DNA of 64,000 nt from Minisyncoccia bacterium (GCA_049287045.1 JBAQFC010000010.1:14179-78178), one strand, 5' to 3'; counted from the first letter of the stretch, positions 1 to 10,260 are shown. Notes: generated from the letters alone by a model not told the origin. Numbers and translations are program-made.

Positions 1-169
1 ATATTGCAATAAAAAAAGGAGCACCAGAGATGCTCCCGAAGAGGTTAAACAAAATATTTATTTTTATCTTCTATCAGATTTGGGTTATTAGGTAGACTGA
101 TAACTACCCTCCAAGTAGTATACAACATAATAAAAAAATTGCAAGGGTTATTTGTTTAGTTATCCACAT

Positions 170-235
170 AAAAGGTGGTGGCATTGTGGGGGATAGTGGT
201 CTATAATATATATGAAGTGGGAAAGAGTGGGAAGA
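170..235 (+). promoter_or_regulatory. mraZ promoter region with GTGG(G/T) direct repeats at ~10-bp phasing around a TATAAT (202-207)
   Basis: ggtggtggcattgtgggggatagtggtcTATAATatatatgaagtgggaaagagtgggaag. GTGGN boxes sit near 176, 186, 196, 216 and 226. MraZ is known to bind phased GTGGG-type repeats upstream of its own gene. Confidence 0.5.
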
Positions 236-254
236 AAATATAAAACAAAAAATT

Positions 255-689
255 ATGCTAATAGGAGAATACATACATACAATAGATGACAAAAACAGGG
301 TTTCATTACCTTCTAAATTTCGCAAGGAGATGGGCAAGAAAATAGTCATCACACCAGGATTTGATAATTGTTTGTTTATCTTTACCGCAAAAGAATGGAT
401 CAAAATTTCTGAACAACTTTCCGCACCATCTTTTCTTCAGTCAGATAGTAGAGGTTTGAATCGATACATTTTCGGAGGAGCGACAGAAGTGGACGTAGAT
501 TCGATCGGCAGAATATTGATTCCAGATTTTCTTAAAATAAGAGTCGGATTAGATGGGAAGGCAGCATTAATAGGAGTTAAGAATCGAGTGGAAGTATGGA
601 ATGAAAAAGCATGGTCAGATTACCGAAAGGTTGTTGAAAAACAAGCGGATCAATTAGCAGAGAAGTTAAGTAGTGCTGGAGTTTTATAA
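255..689 (+). CDS. mraZ: Transcriptional regulator MraZ
   Basis: 144 aa with two repeated DxxxR(V/I)xxP-like halves (DDKNRVSLP). First gene of a dcw-type cluster, followed by rsmH. Confidence 0.85.
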   Translation: MLIGEYIHTIDDKNRVSLPSKFRKEMGKKIVITPGFDNCLFIFTAKEWIKISEQLSAPSFLQSDSRGLNRYIFGGATEVDVDSIGRILIPDFLKIRVGLDGKAALIGVKNRVEVWNEKAWSDYRKVVEKQADQLAEKLSSAGVL

Positions 690-1587
690 GATGGATAGCA
701 TTCACAAGACAGTTCTTTTAAATGAAACAGTAGATGGTTTGAATTTACCTTCCAAGGCAATTGTAGTAGATGGCACATTTGGGGGTGGAGGACATTCTGC
801 TTTAGTTTGCACGAAGTTTCCAGGTACTAAAATAATTGCAATTGATCAAGACAAGGGTGCTTGGGAAAAAGCAGAAAATAAGTTTAAGGGTCTTGATTGC
901 AAAGTTTCTTTTCATAACCTGAATTTTAGAGACTTGGATAAGGCTCTAGAAATAGAAGGAATAAAAGAGGTTGATGGAATCATTTTAGATATAGGGTTGA
1001 GTTCAGACCAGTTAGATAATTCCGGACGAGGATTTTCTTTCATGAAAGACGAGCCATTGCTCATGACAATGAAAGAAAATCCGCTTCCAGAAGATTTGAC
1101 CGCCATGGATGTTGTAAATACCTGGGGCGAAGAGAATCTGGCAAATGTTATATACGGTTATGGTGAAGAAAGATATTCCAGAAGAATAGCAAAAGCGATA
1201 TTTGAAGCAAGAAAGGTAAAAAAGATAGAGACGACCTTTGAGTTAGTAAAGATTATCAGTGATTCTGTCCCAGCTGCTTATAGAAGAGGAAGATTGCACT
1301 TTGCCACAAGAACGTTCCAAGCGATAAGAATAGCGGTAAATGACGAATTGGGTGCATTGGAGGCTGGTCTAGAGAAAGGATTTGTTGCATTAAAGAGAGG
1401 TGGCAGAATGTCAGTCATTTCATTTCATAGTCTAGAGGACAGAATCACTAAAAAGTTTTTTAAAGAAAAGGAAAAAAATGGTGAAGCAAAATTAACAACC
1501 AAGAAGCCAATCACAGCTGGAGAAATAGAACTAAAAAATAACCCAAGATCAAGAAGTGCAAAATTAAGAATCTTAGAAAAAATATAA
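673..1587 (+). CDS. rsmH: 16S rRNA (cytosine1402-N4)-methyltransferase RsmH (MraW)
   Basis: SAM-binding motif DGTFGGGGHS. Position after mraZ and 304 aa length are typical. Confidence 0.9.
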   Translation: MLEFYKMDSIHKTVLLNETVDGLNLPSKAIVVDGTFGGGGHSALVCTKFPGTKIIAIDQDKGAWEKAENKFKGLDCKVSFHNLNFRDLDKALEIEGIKEVDGIILDIGLSSDQLDNSGRGFSFMKDEPLLMTMKENPLPEDLTAMDVVNTWGEENLANVIYGYGEERYSRRIAKAIFEARKVKKIETTFELVKIISDSVPAAYRRGRLHFATRTFQAIRIAVNDELGALEAGLEKGFVALKRGGRMSVISFHSLEDRITKKFFKEKEKNGEAKLTTKKPITAGEIELKNNPRSRSAKLRILEKI

Positions 1588-1591
1588 AAAA

Positions 1592-1942
1592 ATGAAAACA
1601 ATTGCCCAAAAAATGAAGACACATGCGATGAATATAAATGTTGTAAACAACAACCTTGAAAGACAAGTGTTGAATTTATTGCTTTGGACTTTGGGTGCAC
1701 TTGCTGTTTGTTACCTTTTCTTCCTGGGAAGTATGGTACTAAATGTAGTAGAACGAAGAAGTCTCGAGACTGGTGCAAATGTCCTAGCAAATCAGGTTCA
1801 GGACTTGGAACTAGAATATCTTTCCGTATCAAATAAAATCGATCTCACCTTTGCAAAATCCTTAGGTTTTCAAGAAACAAAAACAAAATTTGCGACCCGT
1901 AGTTTTCTTGGCAGTCTTAAACTTGCAAAAAATGACTTATAG
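1592..1942 (+). CDS. FtsL-like small bitopic division protein
   Basis: 116 aa with a single TM segment and a coiled-coil region. Sits between rsmH and ftsI, where ftsL normally lies; no sequence motif confirms it. Confidence 0.4.
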   Translation: MKTIAQKMKTHAMNINVVNNNLERQVLNLLLWTLGALAVCYLFFLGSMVLNVVERRSLETGANVLANQVQDLELEYLSVSNKIDLTFAKSLGFQETKTKFATRSFLGSLKLAKNDL

Positions 1943-3644
1943 TTTTCTTTCTAGAACTAGGGTAATTTCTGTACTTTTATTAGTTGCTGCAATTATTCTA
2001 ATAGGAAAGCTTTTTTTGGTACAAGTTGTTCACAAGAATTCATATACTGAACGTGCAGATAGACAATATTCTACACCTTCATCAAATATCTTTGAACGCA
2101 GAACTATCTTCTTTGAACGTAAAGATGGACAGCTTGTTTCTGCTGCAACTCAAACTACTGGGTTCAAATTGGCAGTTGCTCCAAATAAAATTATTGATGC
2201 AGAAAATACTTATCAAAAAATATCAAAAATAACAACTCTTGACCATGATGCTTTTATAGCTAAGGTCTTAAAGAAAAATGATCCATACGAAGAGGTTGCT
2301 GACCGTCTATCAAAGAGCGAAGCGGATGCAATTGCATCTGAAAAAATTCCTGGAGTTTCTATCTATAAGGAAAAATGGCGTTTTTATCCGGGTGACACTC
2401 TGGCTTCTCATACACTAGGTTTTGTTGGTTTCAAAGGTACAGATTTTAGTGGACGCTATGGCCTCGAAAGACAATACAATGCTGAACTCTCTCGAGATGT
2501 GGATAGTCCGTACATCAATTTCTTTGCCGAGGTTTTTTCTAACATTAATACATCACTATTTGAAAAAGAAAAAAAGGGTGGCGATATAATAACAACGATA
2601 GAACCGGCAGTACAAGGATTTCTAGAAAAAAAGTTGGCTGAAGTAAAAGAGAAAGAAAATGTCGATTCCATTGGCGGAATAATAATGGACCCACGTGATG
2701 GATCAATTTACGCTCTTAGTGTTAAGCCAGATTTTAACCCAAATGATTTTTCTAAAGTAAAAAATGCCTCTACTTTCTCAAACCCATTAGTTGAAAATGT
2801 CCTTGAATTCGGGTCAGTCGTGAAGCCCTTGGTAATGGCCTCTGCTCTTGATGCTGGAGTGGTGACAGCTGATACAAAATATAATGATAAAGGGTTTGTA
2901 ATAATTGAGAAAAAACAGATAAATAATTTTGATAAAAAATCACGCGGAAATGGTGTAACAATGCAGGAAGTTCTAAATCAGTCACTTAATACCGGAATGG
3001 TTTATGTATATCAACATTTAGGAAAACAAAATATGCGTGAATACTTACTGTCTTTTGGTATAAAAGAAAAAACTGGAATTGATTTACCAAATGAGACAAG
3101 TGGGCTAGTAGCAAACCTGCAAAGTCCTAGGGAGCTCGAATATGCCAATGCATCTTTTGGACAAGGTATTGCTCTTACTCCAATTGAAATGATTCGTGCT
3201 CTTGCTTCACTTTCCAACGGAGGTAATCTTGTTACTCCTCATATTGCTAAAATAATAAAATATGATGATGGTACACAAAAAGTTTTATCGTATCCTACTA
3301 AGCGCACAAAAATTACCGAAAAAACTTCTGAAGAAATAACACGAATGCTCGTCAATGTGATGGATGCATATATGAAAAGTAAAACTACAAATTTGGAACA
3401 TTACTCTGTCGCAGTAAAAACCGGAACAGCGCAAGTTGCCAAAGAGAGTGGTGGAGGATATTATGAAGATAGACATACGCATTCTTTTTTTGGATATTTT
3501 CCAGCGTATGATCCGAAGTTTATAGTTTTACTTTATGCAATAAACCCGAAAGGTGTTCCTTATGCTTTTCAAACGTGGGCTGATCCATTTTTAGATATTT
3601 CCAAATTTCTGCTTAGTTATTATGAAGTTCCACCGGATAGATGA
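1932..3644 (+). CDS. ftsI: Penicillin-binding protein / peptidoglycan D,D-transpeptidase (FtsI-like)
   Basis: N-terminal TM segment, PBP dimerisation region, and a transpeptidase domain with KTG(T) (VKTGTAQ). Position in the dcw cluster. Start moved to the internal ATG at 1932, just before the TM segment. Confidence 0.8.
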   Translation: MTYSFLSRTRVISVLLLVAAIILIGKLFLVQVVHKNSYTERADRQYSTPSSNIFERRTIFFERKDGQLVSAATQTTGFKLAVAPNKIIDAENTYQKISKITTLDHDAFIAKVLKKNDPYEEVADRLSKSEADAIASEKIPGVSIYKEKWRFYPGDTLASHTLGFVGFKGTDFSGRYGLERQYNAELSRDVDSPYINFFAEVFSNINTSLFEKEKKGGDIITTIEPAVQGFLEKKLAEVKEKENVDSIGGIIMDPRDGSIYALSVKPDFNPNDFSKVKNASTFSNPLVENVLEFGSVVKPLVMASALDAGVVTADTKYNDKGFVIIEKKQINNFDKKSRGNGVTMQEVLNQSLNTGMVYVYQHLGKQNMREYLLSFGIKEKTGIDLPNETSGLVANLQSPRELEYANASFGQGIALTPIEMIRALASLSNGGNLVTPHIAKIIKYDDGTQKVLSYPTKRTKITEKTSEEITRMLVNVMDAYMKSKTTNLEHYSVAVKTGTAQVAKESGGGYYEDRHTHSFFGYFPAYDPKFIVLLYAINPKGVPYAFQTWADPFLDISKFLLSYYEVPPDR

Positions 3645-3664
3645 TTAATTAATTTACAAAATCA

Positions 3665-5002
3665 ATGAAAACAACATTTAAAAAAATAATAGTCTCAATA
3701 TTAAAGATAGAATCACGTCTTATTCTTTGGAAATATAAACCCAAGGTAGTCGCGATTACAGGGTCTGTCGGTAAGACCTCCACCAAAGATGCAGTTTATG
3801 CTGTTCTTTCTGGTATTGCTTATGTTCGAAAAAGTGAAAAAAGTTACAATAGTGAAATAGGACTTCCTCTTACTATTTTAGGATGCCCAAATGGTTGGAA
3901 TAATCCTTATGTTTGGTTTCAAAATATTTTGAAAGGCTTTTGGCTTTTTGTTGCACCTCATAAATATCCAGAATGGCTCGTTCTCGAAGTGGGTATCGGT
4001 AAACCTGATGATATGAAACAGACTGCTTCTTGGCTCAAAACTGATGCAGTGATAATGACAACAATAGGAGAGACTCCGGTGCATATTGAATTTTTTAAAT
4101 CACGCGATCATCTGATAGAAGAAAAAAGTCAGCTTATTAAAACATTAAAAAAAGATGGTCTTTTGGTATTGAATGCTGATGATGAAGCTATTCTTGAAAT
4201 GAAAATAAAAAGTAAAAATCGTATAATAACCTATGGCTTCAAGGAGGGTGCTGATGTATTAGGTTCCGCTGATAGTATCTTTTACTCTGATTCAAATTCA
4301 AATGCTCCTACACAGCAAGGAGAGCCTCAGGGGATAATCTTTAGGGTGGATGAAGGAGGGAAAAGTCTTCCAGTTATTATTGAAGGAGTCTTCGGAAGAA
4401 ATCATGTCTATGCATCTCTTGCATCACTTGCTCTTTCTTTTGGTTTAAAATTTAATATTCTGAATGCGATAAATGCACTTAAAAATTATGACGTTCCACC
4501 TGGACGAATGCGTTTATTGAAAGGAATAAATAATTCTTTGATAATTGATGACACCTATAATTCTTCTCCGTTTGCTTGTGAATCAGCTCTGAAAACTTTA
4601 GGAGAAGTTAATCCCACTCATATGGGTGAAATAATTGGTAGAAAAATAGCTGTCTTGGGTGATATGTTGGAACTCGGTAAACACACAGAAGAAGCACATA
4701 AAAATATTGGGAAAATTGCAAAAGAAAATGCAGAGATACTTATTGTAGTTGGACCAAGAGCAAAGGCTATCAAAGAAGGAGCTCTTCTTGAAGGTATGAA
4801 TGAAAAAAATATTTTCGAACTTTTAAATTCACGCGAGACAGGGGACTTTCTTAAAGTTTTTGCACAAGCAGGCGATTTGATTCTCGTTAAGGGTTCACAA
4901 GGTATGCGTATGGAACGCGCAGTAGAAGCAATTCTTTTAGATCAAAAAAACAAAGAGAAACTATTGGTCCGCCAGGATCCTGAGTGGATTGCGAAGGCTT
5001 AA
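3665..5002 (+). CDS. murF: UDP-N-acetylmuramoyl-tripeptide--D-alanyl-D-alanine ligase MurF
   Basis: Mur ligase P-loop AITGSVGKTSTKD and a C-terminal IDDTYNSSP motif of MurF type. Confidence 0.75.
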   Translation: MKTTFKKIIVSILKIESRLILWKYKPKVVAITGSVGKTSTKDAVYAVLSGIAYVRKSEKSYNSEIGLPLTILGCPNGWNNPYVWFQNILKGFWLFVAPHKYPEWLVLEVGIGKPDDMKQTASWLKTDAVIMTTIGETPVHIEFFKSRDHLIEEKSQLIKTLKKDGLLVLNADDEAILEMKIKSKNRIITYGFKEGADVLGSADSIFYSDSNSNAPTQQGEPQGIIFRVDEGGKSLPVIIEGVFGRNHVYASLASLALSFGLKFNILNAINALKNYDVPPGRMRLLKGINNSLIIDDTYNSSPFACESALKTLGEVNPTHMGEIIGRKIAVLGDMLELGKHTEEAHKNIGKIAKENAEILIVVGPRAKAIKEGALLEGMNEKNIFELLNSRETGDFLKVFAQAGDLILVKGSQGMRMERAVEAILLDQKNKEKLLVRQDPEWIAKA

Positions 5003-5057
5003 TTTGTTATAATACCCTTATATTTTGTTCTTTTATAGAATAGAGAGCTATGCTATT

Positions 5058-5087
5058 GACTTTTAGCTAATAAATGGTGTATAATAT
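5058..5087 (+). promoter_or_regulatory. Sigma70-like promoter TTGACT-N18-TATAAT upstream of the 5137 ORF
   Basis: tattgacttttagctaataaatggtgtataatatagg. Confidence 0.4.
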
Positions 5088-5136
5088 AGGTGTATTAATT
5101 GTACATTAAAATAGTTTCAAACTTAAAACTTGTATT

Positions 5137-5514
5137 ATGGATAGTAAAAGATTTAGGAATATTTCAATGTATATTCCAGATGCCAAAATTCGTATTGAAG
5201 AAATACGTAAAGTATATTTAACACAAAAAGGACTTGCAATTAAGAATCCTAAATTAACTTTTTTAAGTTGGAAAATAATTGCAATAAACCGATGTCCTAC
5301 GTATTTGAAAAATTATCCATCTGATTGGATTGCCTTTATTGTAGAGTTCAGGAAGCAGGAAAAAGAGCAAGAAGAAATAAAAGAAATTCTTAAAGCTTCT
5401 GAAACAAAACAAAAAGTAAAGTCTGAAATTGAAAAAGAATCAGTTTCATCCAAAGTAAAGAAATTTGTAAAAAAATCTCTTTTTGGAGAAGACCAGCTGG
5501 AGTTTAACTTCTGA
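5137..5514 (+). CDS. Hypothetical K/E-rich protein
   Basis: 125-aa ORF with a consensus promoter upstream and a terminator hairpin at 5538-5565. No recognisable domain. Confidence 0.3.
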   Translation: MDSKRFRNISMYIPDAKIRIEEIRKVYLTQKGLAIKNPKLTFLSWKIIAINRCPTYLKNYPSDWIAFIVEFRKQEKEQEEIKEILKASETKQKVKSEIEKESVSSKVKKFVKKSLFGEDQLEFNF

Positions 5515-5566
5515 TAGATTTATCAGAACAAACCTTAAAACGTCACAATGTGGCGTTTTTTTTATT

Positions 5567-6133
5567 TTAATTAAAAATTTCGTTTGAGAGAGTTTTGACT
5601 CCTATTTTTTTCTTTGATGAAAATGGAATGATAATATGACTTCCAACTACATTTTTTATTTCCGTCATTCTTTTATGGTATTGAGATTGGGTCATTTTAT
5701 CAACTTTATTTGCAACGATTAGAAAATCCTTGTGGTGATTCTGAAGTTCATGGAGCATAGAGGTATCCTTGTCAGTTATTCCAACACTCGCATCGATAAT
5801 GAAAACTATTTTCTTTTGAGTATAAAGCGAATTAAAAAGATATGAATCAATAAGTTCACTGATTCTTTCACGACCAAGACCTGAGTTGATAGCGTATCCA
5901 TAACCCGGAAGGTCAACCAAGTAGAAAGAGTCATTTATAAGAAAAATATTTATTTCCTGAGTTCTTCCTGGAAAGGAACTTGTACGTGCTAATTGGCTAT
6001 TAGTCAGAGTATTTATAAGGGTAGATTTTCCTACGTTTGAGCGCCCAATAAAAGCTATCTGAGGAATATCATTCCCCAAGATATCGTCATCTCCTATGAG
6101 TCCTTTAACGAATTTTTTAGATGTTATTTTCAC
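5567..6133 (-). CDS. engB: Ribosome biogenesis GTP-binding protein YihA/EngB
   Basis: G1 motif GRSNVGKSTLIN and a DLPGYG G3 region. 188 aa. Confidence 0.85.
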   Translation of the reverse strand: MKITSKKFVKGLIGDDDILGNDIPQIAFIGRSNVGKSTLINTLTNSQLARTSSFPGRTQEINIFLINDSFYLVDLPGYGYAINSGLGRERISELIDSYLFNSLYTQKKIVFIIDASVGITDKDTSMLHELQNHHKDFLIVANKVDKMTQSQYHKRMTEIKNVVGSHIIIPFSSKKKIGVKTLSNEIFN

Positions 6134-6240
6134 TATTTCATATTAGCAGATAAATAGGTTTAGAGCTATAAAAATATTATTTTTCTAAATAATAAAAAGC
6201 TACCTATAAAGGTAGCTTTTTAAGTATCACTTTGCGTTAT

Positions 6241-6807
6241 TTATTGAACTGCAATTTCAGATGAGGAGTTTGAAGAATCACTAATATCTGAAGGTGCTTT
6301 ACAAGCCTTTAATGATGTCTTGAATGTTGACCAAGCATTTTTTTGGTCTTTTTTCCAAGCAGTATTTGCTGTCTTTGTAGATTTTTTGAAATCTGACCAG
6401 GCAGTTTTTATTGAAGTTTTTGCTTGGGCTTTTGTGGTAGAAGTATAAGCTTGTTGTAATGCAGATGCTCTTGCTGTGTAAGCTGAAGCTATTGCACTAG
6501 AATGGGTACCAATAGCGGTACCGATAGCAGCTTCTCTTGTACTAACAACTGTTCCGACGCAAGCAATAGCAGTGGCAATAGATGCGCTGTCTGTAGTTCC
6601 AGTTGTTATTCCAGCTGGGTTTCTAACTGGGTTTTTAATTGGTTTTTTGATCGGATACATAGCTGGATTTGCAGTCGTAGTTCCTTCTGAAGTTACAGTT
6701 GTGGCTGTAGTTCCAGCTGTAGTTGTGTCTGTTGTTGTTTGAGCAAGTGCAGGTAAGGAAATTAATAGTCCTAAAGCGAAGATTGAAATACTTAATGTTT
6801 TTTTCAT
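6241..6807 (-). CDS. Secreted Thr-rich low-complexity protein with internal AWxxFK repeats
   Basis: Signal peptide MKKTLSISIFALGLLISLPALA, Thr-rich tracts, and repeated KTAWSDFKK / NTAWKKDQK / NAWSTFKT units. Confidence 0.45.
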   Translation of the reverse strand: MKKTLSISIFALGLLISLPALAQTTTDTTTAGTTATTVTSEGTTTANPAMYPIKKPIKNPVRNPAGITTGTTDSASIATAIACVGTVVSTREAAIGTAIGTHSSAIASAYTARASALQQAYTSTTKAQAKTSIKTAWSDFKKSTKTANTAWKKDQKNAWSTFKTSLKACKAPSDISDSSNSSSEIAVQ

Positions 6808-7004
6808 AATTGATTTTTGTTTTAATTAATATATTTAATAAATTCTACTTCGACCATCTTTATTATATTATTTTAAATAAAAACTGTCTATGAAGTTTTT
6901 CCAGATGTTGGACGTCTAGAAATAAAATAGTTAATTTTTGACTTTCTTAGATAAAACACGTAGAGTTAAAAAAAATAATTCATTCACAATTTAAAACTAC
7001 AGCT

Positions 7005-8114
7005 ATGTCAGAAAAAATCAACAAACTCAGTCCAGGCCTCCAGGCCAAAATTTTTACAGGAGAAAGGGATTACAAACCTGATCCAAATACACCCGTGTCG
7101 AACTTTTTAGCCCATACAAAACGCCATTGCAATGGCGGCAAGACAGTAGATGCCGGCATTTGGCTCAGAGATCATTGTGATAATGGTGGAAAAATATTCT
7201 TGACCATGTCAGGAGCAGGGTCTTCTTTCCAACAGGGAATTATGATCAGTGAACTAATACGTGCAGGTAAAATTGCTGCTATTAGTGTCACTGGTGCTAA
7301 TTTAGAAGAAAGCCTTTATCGTTTGGTTGCAAATTCTCATTATGCGTATATTCCTGATTATATGGAGTTAACACGTCAGGAGGAAAAGGAATTAGCGCAA
7401 GCAGGTTTCAGAAGGATTACCGATACATTTCTTCCAGAAGAAGAATCAGTCAGAATTGTGCTTCCAGCTAAGGAAAAATTATGGCGCGAAGCTGAAGAGA
7501 AAGGAGAAAGCTATTTTTGGCACGAATATTTTTTTCAGCTTTTTGAACGAAAAATGATTGAATTTGATCCAACAGCAAATCCAGATGATTGCTGGTTGTA
7601 TCAAGCTTGGTTACATAAAATTCCTATTTTTATACCAGGAATTGAAGATCAAACGATGGGTAATATTTTCACATATTTTTGTTACAAAGGAAATCATCCT
7701 GTACTCAAAAAATATGCTCAAGATAAACCTATTAGTCAAAAAATAATAAAATACGGATTTGACTATATGCACAGTCTTGCTGAGTGGTATTTAGATAATA
7801 CCAAAGAAAAAGGATTAGCCTTTTTACAGCTTGGAGGAGGTATTGCCGCTGACTTTCCTATTTGTGTCGTTCCCCATATTAAAAAAGATTATATGGATGG
7901 ATTCTCTGAAGAAGAACAGGAAAAGGTTGTTCGTTCTTGGGCTGGATTTATAGAAATACATAATGCTACCATGTCCTTTGGATCTTACTCCGGCGCAGGC
8001 TTCAAAGAAAAGATTACCTGGGAGAAGTTTGATGTCGATGCATATGGTATACAGGTATGCGGGGACTATACAGCACATTTTCCTGATATAGCTGCCTTGG
8101 TTTTAAGAAAATAA
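7005..8114 (+). CDS. Deoxyhypusine synthase-like (homospermidine-synthase-like) protein
   Basis: 369 aa with MSGAGSS...ISVTGANLEE, which resembles the DHS family NAD-binding region. Assignment is from motif memory only. Confidence 0.45.
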   Translation: MSEKINKLSPGLQAKIFTGERDYKPDPNTPVSNFLAHTKRHCNGGKTVDAGIWLRDHCDNGGKIFLTMSGAGSSFQQGIMISELIRAGKIAAISVTGANLEESLYRLVANSHYAYIPDYMELTRQEEKELAQAGFRRITDTFLPEEESVRIVLPAKEKLWREAEEKGESYFWHEYFFQLFERKMIEFDPTANPDDCWLYQAWLHKIPIFIPGIEDQTMGNIFTYFCYKGNHPVLKKYAQDKPISQKIIKYGFDYMHSLAEWYLDNTKEKGLAFLQLGGGIAADFPICVVPHIKKDYMDGFSEEEQEKVVRSWAGFIEIHNATMSFGSYSGAGFKEKITWEKFDVDAYGIQVCGDYTAHFPDIAALVLRK

Positions 8115-8282
8115 ATTTTGTTCATTAATTTTAATAAGCTCGACAATGTCGGGCTTATTTTTTTTAATGTCTTGACTTTATGCTCAAAAGTCGTATTCTG
8201 TTTTTAGAACTCTTGAGAATAATCTGATCATATGGTCGGACGCTTATTGGTTCATTTACAAATAAAAATTGGAGGTAACATC

Positions 8283-8996
8283 ATGAGCATTCATATAAAT
8301 GCCAAAGAAGGCGAAATCGCTGAAACAGTATTTTTGTCCGGAGATCCTTTACGGGCGAAATTCATAGCAGAGAATTATTTAAAAGATGTTTTTGGCTATA
8401 ACTCAGTCCGTGGAATGTATGGTTATACAGGCATAACCAAAGAGGGCAAAAGAGTATCAGTTCAAGGAACAGGGATGGGTATGCCTTCTCTAAGTATCTA
8501 CGTAAACGAACTGATTGATTCTTACAAAGTAAAACGCCTAATCAGAGTTGGGAGTGCCGGTTCTTTGCAAAAAGAACTTAAAACTATGAGTATAGTACTT
8601 GCATTAGGATCATGTTCTGATTCTGCAATGAACCTAAGTCGTTTTCCAGTTGGTGCTATTTTTGCTCCAGTTGCTGATTGGGAACTCTTAAAGAAGGCAA
8701 ATGAAATTGCAGAAAAAAAGAAGATTGAAGTAAAAGTAGGTAATATTTTTGCTGCAGATAAATTTTATGATTCAGACACATTTTATGGTTCAGAAACATG
8801 GAAGGTGTTTGCTAAATACAATGTTCTTGCTGTGGAAATGGAAACGGCCGAGTTGTATACATTGGCTGCTCAAAAAGGAGTTCAGGCTTTAACGATGTTA
8901 ACCATTAGTGATAATTTGGTTACAGGAGACAAGTTGAGTTCCAAAGACCGTGAAACAGCCTTCACGGAAATGATAGAAATTGCTTTAGCTTTGTAA
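8283..8996 (+). CDS. deoD: Purine nucleoside phosphorylase, DeoD-type
   Basis: Strong similarity to E. coli DeoD along its whole length (HINAKEGEIAETVFLSGDPLRAKFIAE, VEMETAELY, TISD). Start set at the internal ATG at 8283. Confidence 0.85.
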   Translation: MSIHINAKEGEIAETVFLSGDPLRAKFIAENYLKDVFGYNSVRGMYGYTGITKEGKRVSVQGTGMGMPSLSIYVNELIDSYKVKRLIRVGSAGSLQKELKTMSIVLALGSCSDSAMNLSRFPVGAIFAPVADWELLKKANEIAEKKKIEVKVGNIFAADKFYDSDTFYGSETWKVFAKYNVLAVEMETAELYTLAAQKGVQALTMLTISDNLVTGDKLSSKDRETAFTEMIEIALAL

Positions 8997-9048
8997 TTAT
9001 TAACCAAAAGTTAAATACAAAGTAATACTGACCCTAAATCTTTGAAAA

Positions 9049-9501
9049 ATGAAAAAACAAATTCTTATTCCAGCGTTATGTGTGATTGCTTTCCTTATTT
9101 CTTTTTACATGTATGAATCAAAATATACTGATTGTAAAATATCACAGATATATTTTAAGGGATTAAATACCTCTGAGGTAAAAATATCGTTTAATACTGA
9201 TTATCCAGTTGATTCATTTAAACTTGGTCAAATAGTATTTGAAACAGGTTGTGCTGCCGGTACATTGGAGGAAAACGCTTCATGGGTAGAAAAAAATTAT
9301 CGTACTTCTGTAAAAGAGATAAGATACAATCCTGATGGTGTAACTCAAGTTTCAACGACTATAAACTGCAATTATTTACAATTTTATGATTGTGAATCAG
9401 CCGATTATATATACATTCCAGTCGTAATTTTTACACATAGTGGAATAAAGGAAATTACACTAAAAACCTGTACAAATGATTTGAAGACAGAATTTATATA
9501 A
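9049..9501 (+). CDS. Small secreted or lipoprotein-like hypothetical protein
   Basis: Signal peptide with a Cys-containing hydrophobic N-terminus. 150 aa. Confidence 0.35.
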   Translation: MKKQILIPALCVIAFLISFYMYESKYTDCKISQIYFKGLNTSEVKISFNTDYPVDSFKLGQIVFETGCAAGTLEENASWVEKNYRTSVKEIRYNPDGVTQVSTTINCNYLQFYDCESADYIYIPVVIFTHSGIKEITLKTCTNDLKTEFI

Positions 9502-9595
9502 AATATTTTTTTATTTTACAAAAGCCCCTCTGCAGTAATGCATGGGCTTTTTTATTTTGTATGTACTATTAAGAGAAGGATAAAATTGTAAATAA

Positions 9596-9632
9596 AAATG
9601 ACCTCGAACTTTTGTCGAGGTCATTCTTTTAT
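9596..9632. terminator. Bidirectional intrinsic terminator (10-bp stem atgacctcga/tcgaggtcat) with flanking T-runs
   Basis: aaaaatgacctcgaacttttgtcgaggtcattctttt. Confidence 0.5.
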
Positions 9633-10124
9633 TACTCCAAAGCCATGAAAATCTAGTATTTCTTGAGTTTGATCACTTCCGTAATCAAGCATTTTTATTA
9701 GACCATTGAACTCACAAAAATTTTCTGGCTTAAAAAAATCAACATTTTTTATCCCTCTTTTGATAATTTTTTTTAGAAATTTTATCCATCGAGGATTGGA
9801 AGGATTTAAGACATTACCCTTTGGTTGAATTATTATATAACCAAACAAATATGCCTTTGTTATTGGCAGTAATGCTTCCTCATCTTTGTGTTTCTTAAAA
9901 TATAGATATTCTCTTCTGTTTGAAGACAAAATATAAAAGATATAACGAGGAATTGCTAATATTTTATTTTTACCATAACGGTTAGCTTTCTCATAAAAAA
10001 TACCCTCATCTTTATATTTTAAAAAACATTTAATAAGTAGAAAAAAATTTATCCACGGAATTTTAACAGCAGAGTCTCCATATATGAAGACTAATCTGCT
10101 CAAACCTTGAGTCACAATCTTCAT
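9621..10124 (-). CDS. Hypothetical protein
   Basis: 167-aa ORF with a terminator downstream. No recognisable domain. Confidence 0.3.
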   Translation of the reverse strand: MKIVTQGLSRLVFIYGDSAVKIPWINFFLLIKCFLKYKDEGIFYEKANRYGKNKILAIPRYIFYILSSNRREYLYFKKHKDEEALLPITKAYLFGYIIIQPKGNVLNPSNPRWIKFLKKIIKRGIKNVDFFKPENFCEFNGLIKMLDYGSDQTQEILDFHGFGVIKE

Positions 10125-10179
10125 AACTTTTTATATTTTAATTAGAACTATGTAAATTTATTCTAAGATTACTTTTAAT

Positions 10180-10260
10180 ATGAGTATTTGTCAATTCAAT
10201 AGGCTAAATATAGAAGATTTAGAGTTTTTTCTTGCTTAATAATGAAATAAGTTGTAATGT
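10180..10260 (+). repeat. Degenerate copy of the cassette repeat plus its TTGCTT-N17-TAATGT promoter module
   Basis: ...taggctaaatatagaagatttagagttttttcTTGCTTaataatgaaataagttgTAATGT compared with the consensus ...tgtaagtaatataaggggatttagggtcttctgTTGCTAaa...ttgTAATGT. Confidence 0.4.

Noticed and set aside
104-403. Antisense or embedded ORFs in the six-frame track (for example 104-403, 912-1106, 1425-1832, 19800-20324, 34180-34611, 35656-36087, 50055-50381, 60258-60707)
   Set aside because: They lie wholly inside or antisense to well-supported genes, have low-complexity composition, and carry no start signals. Treated as spurious.
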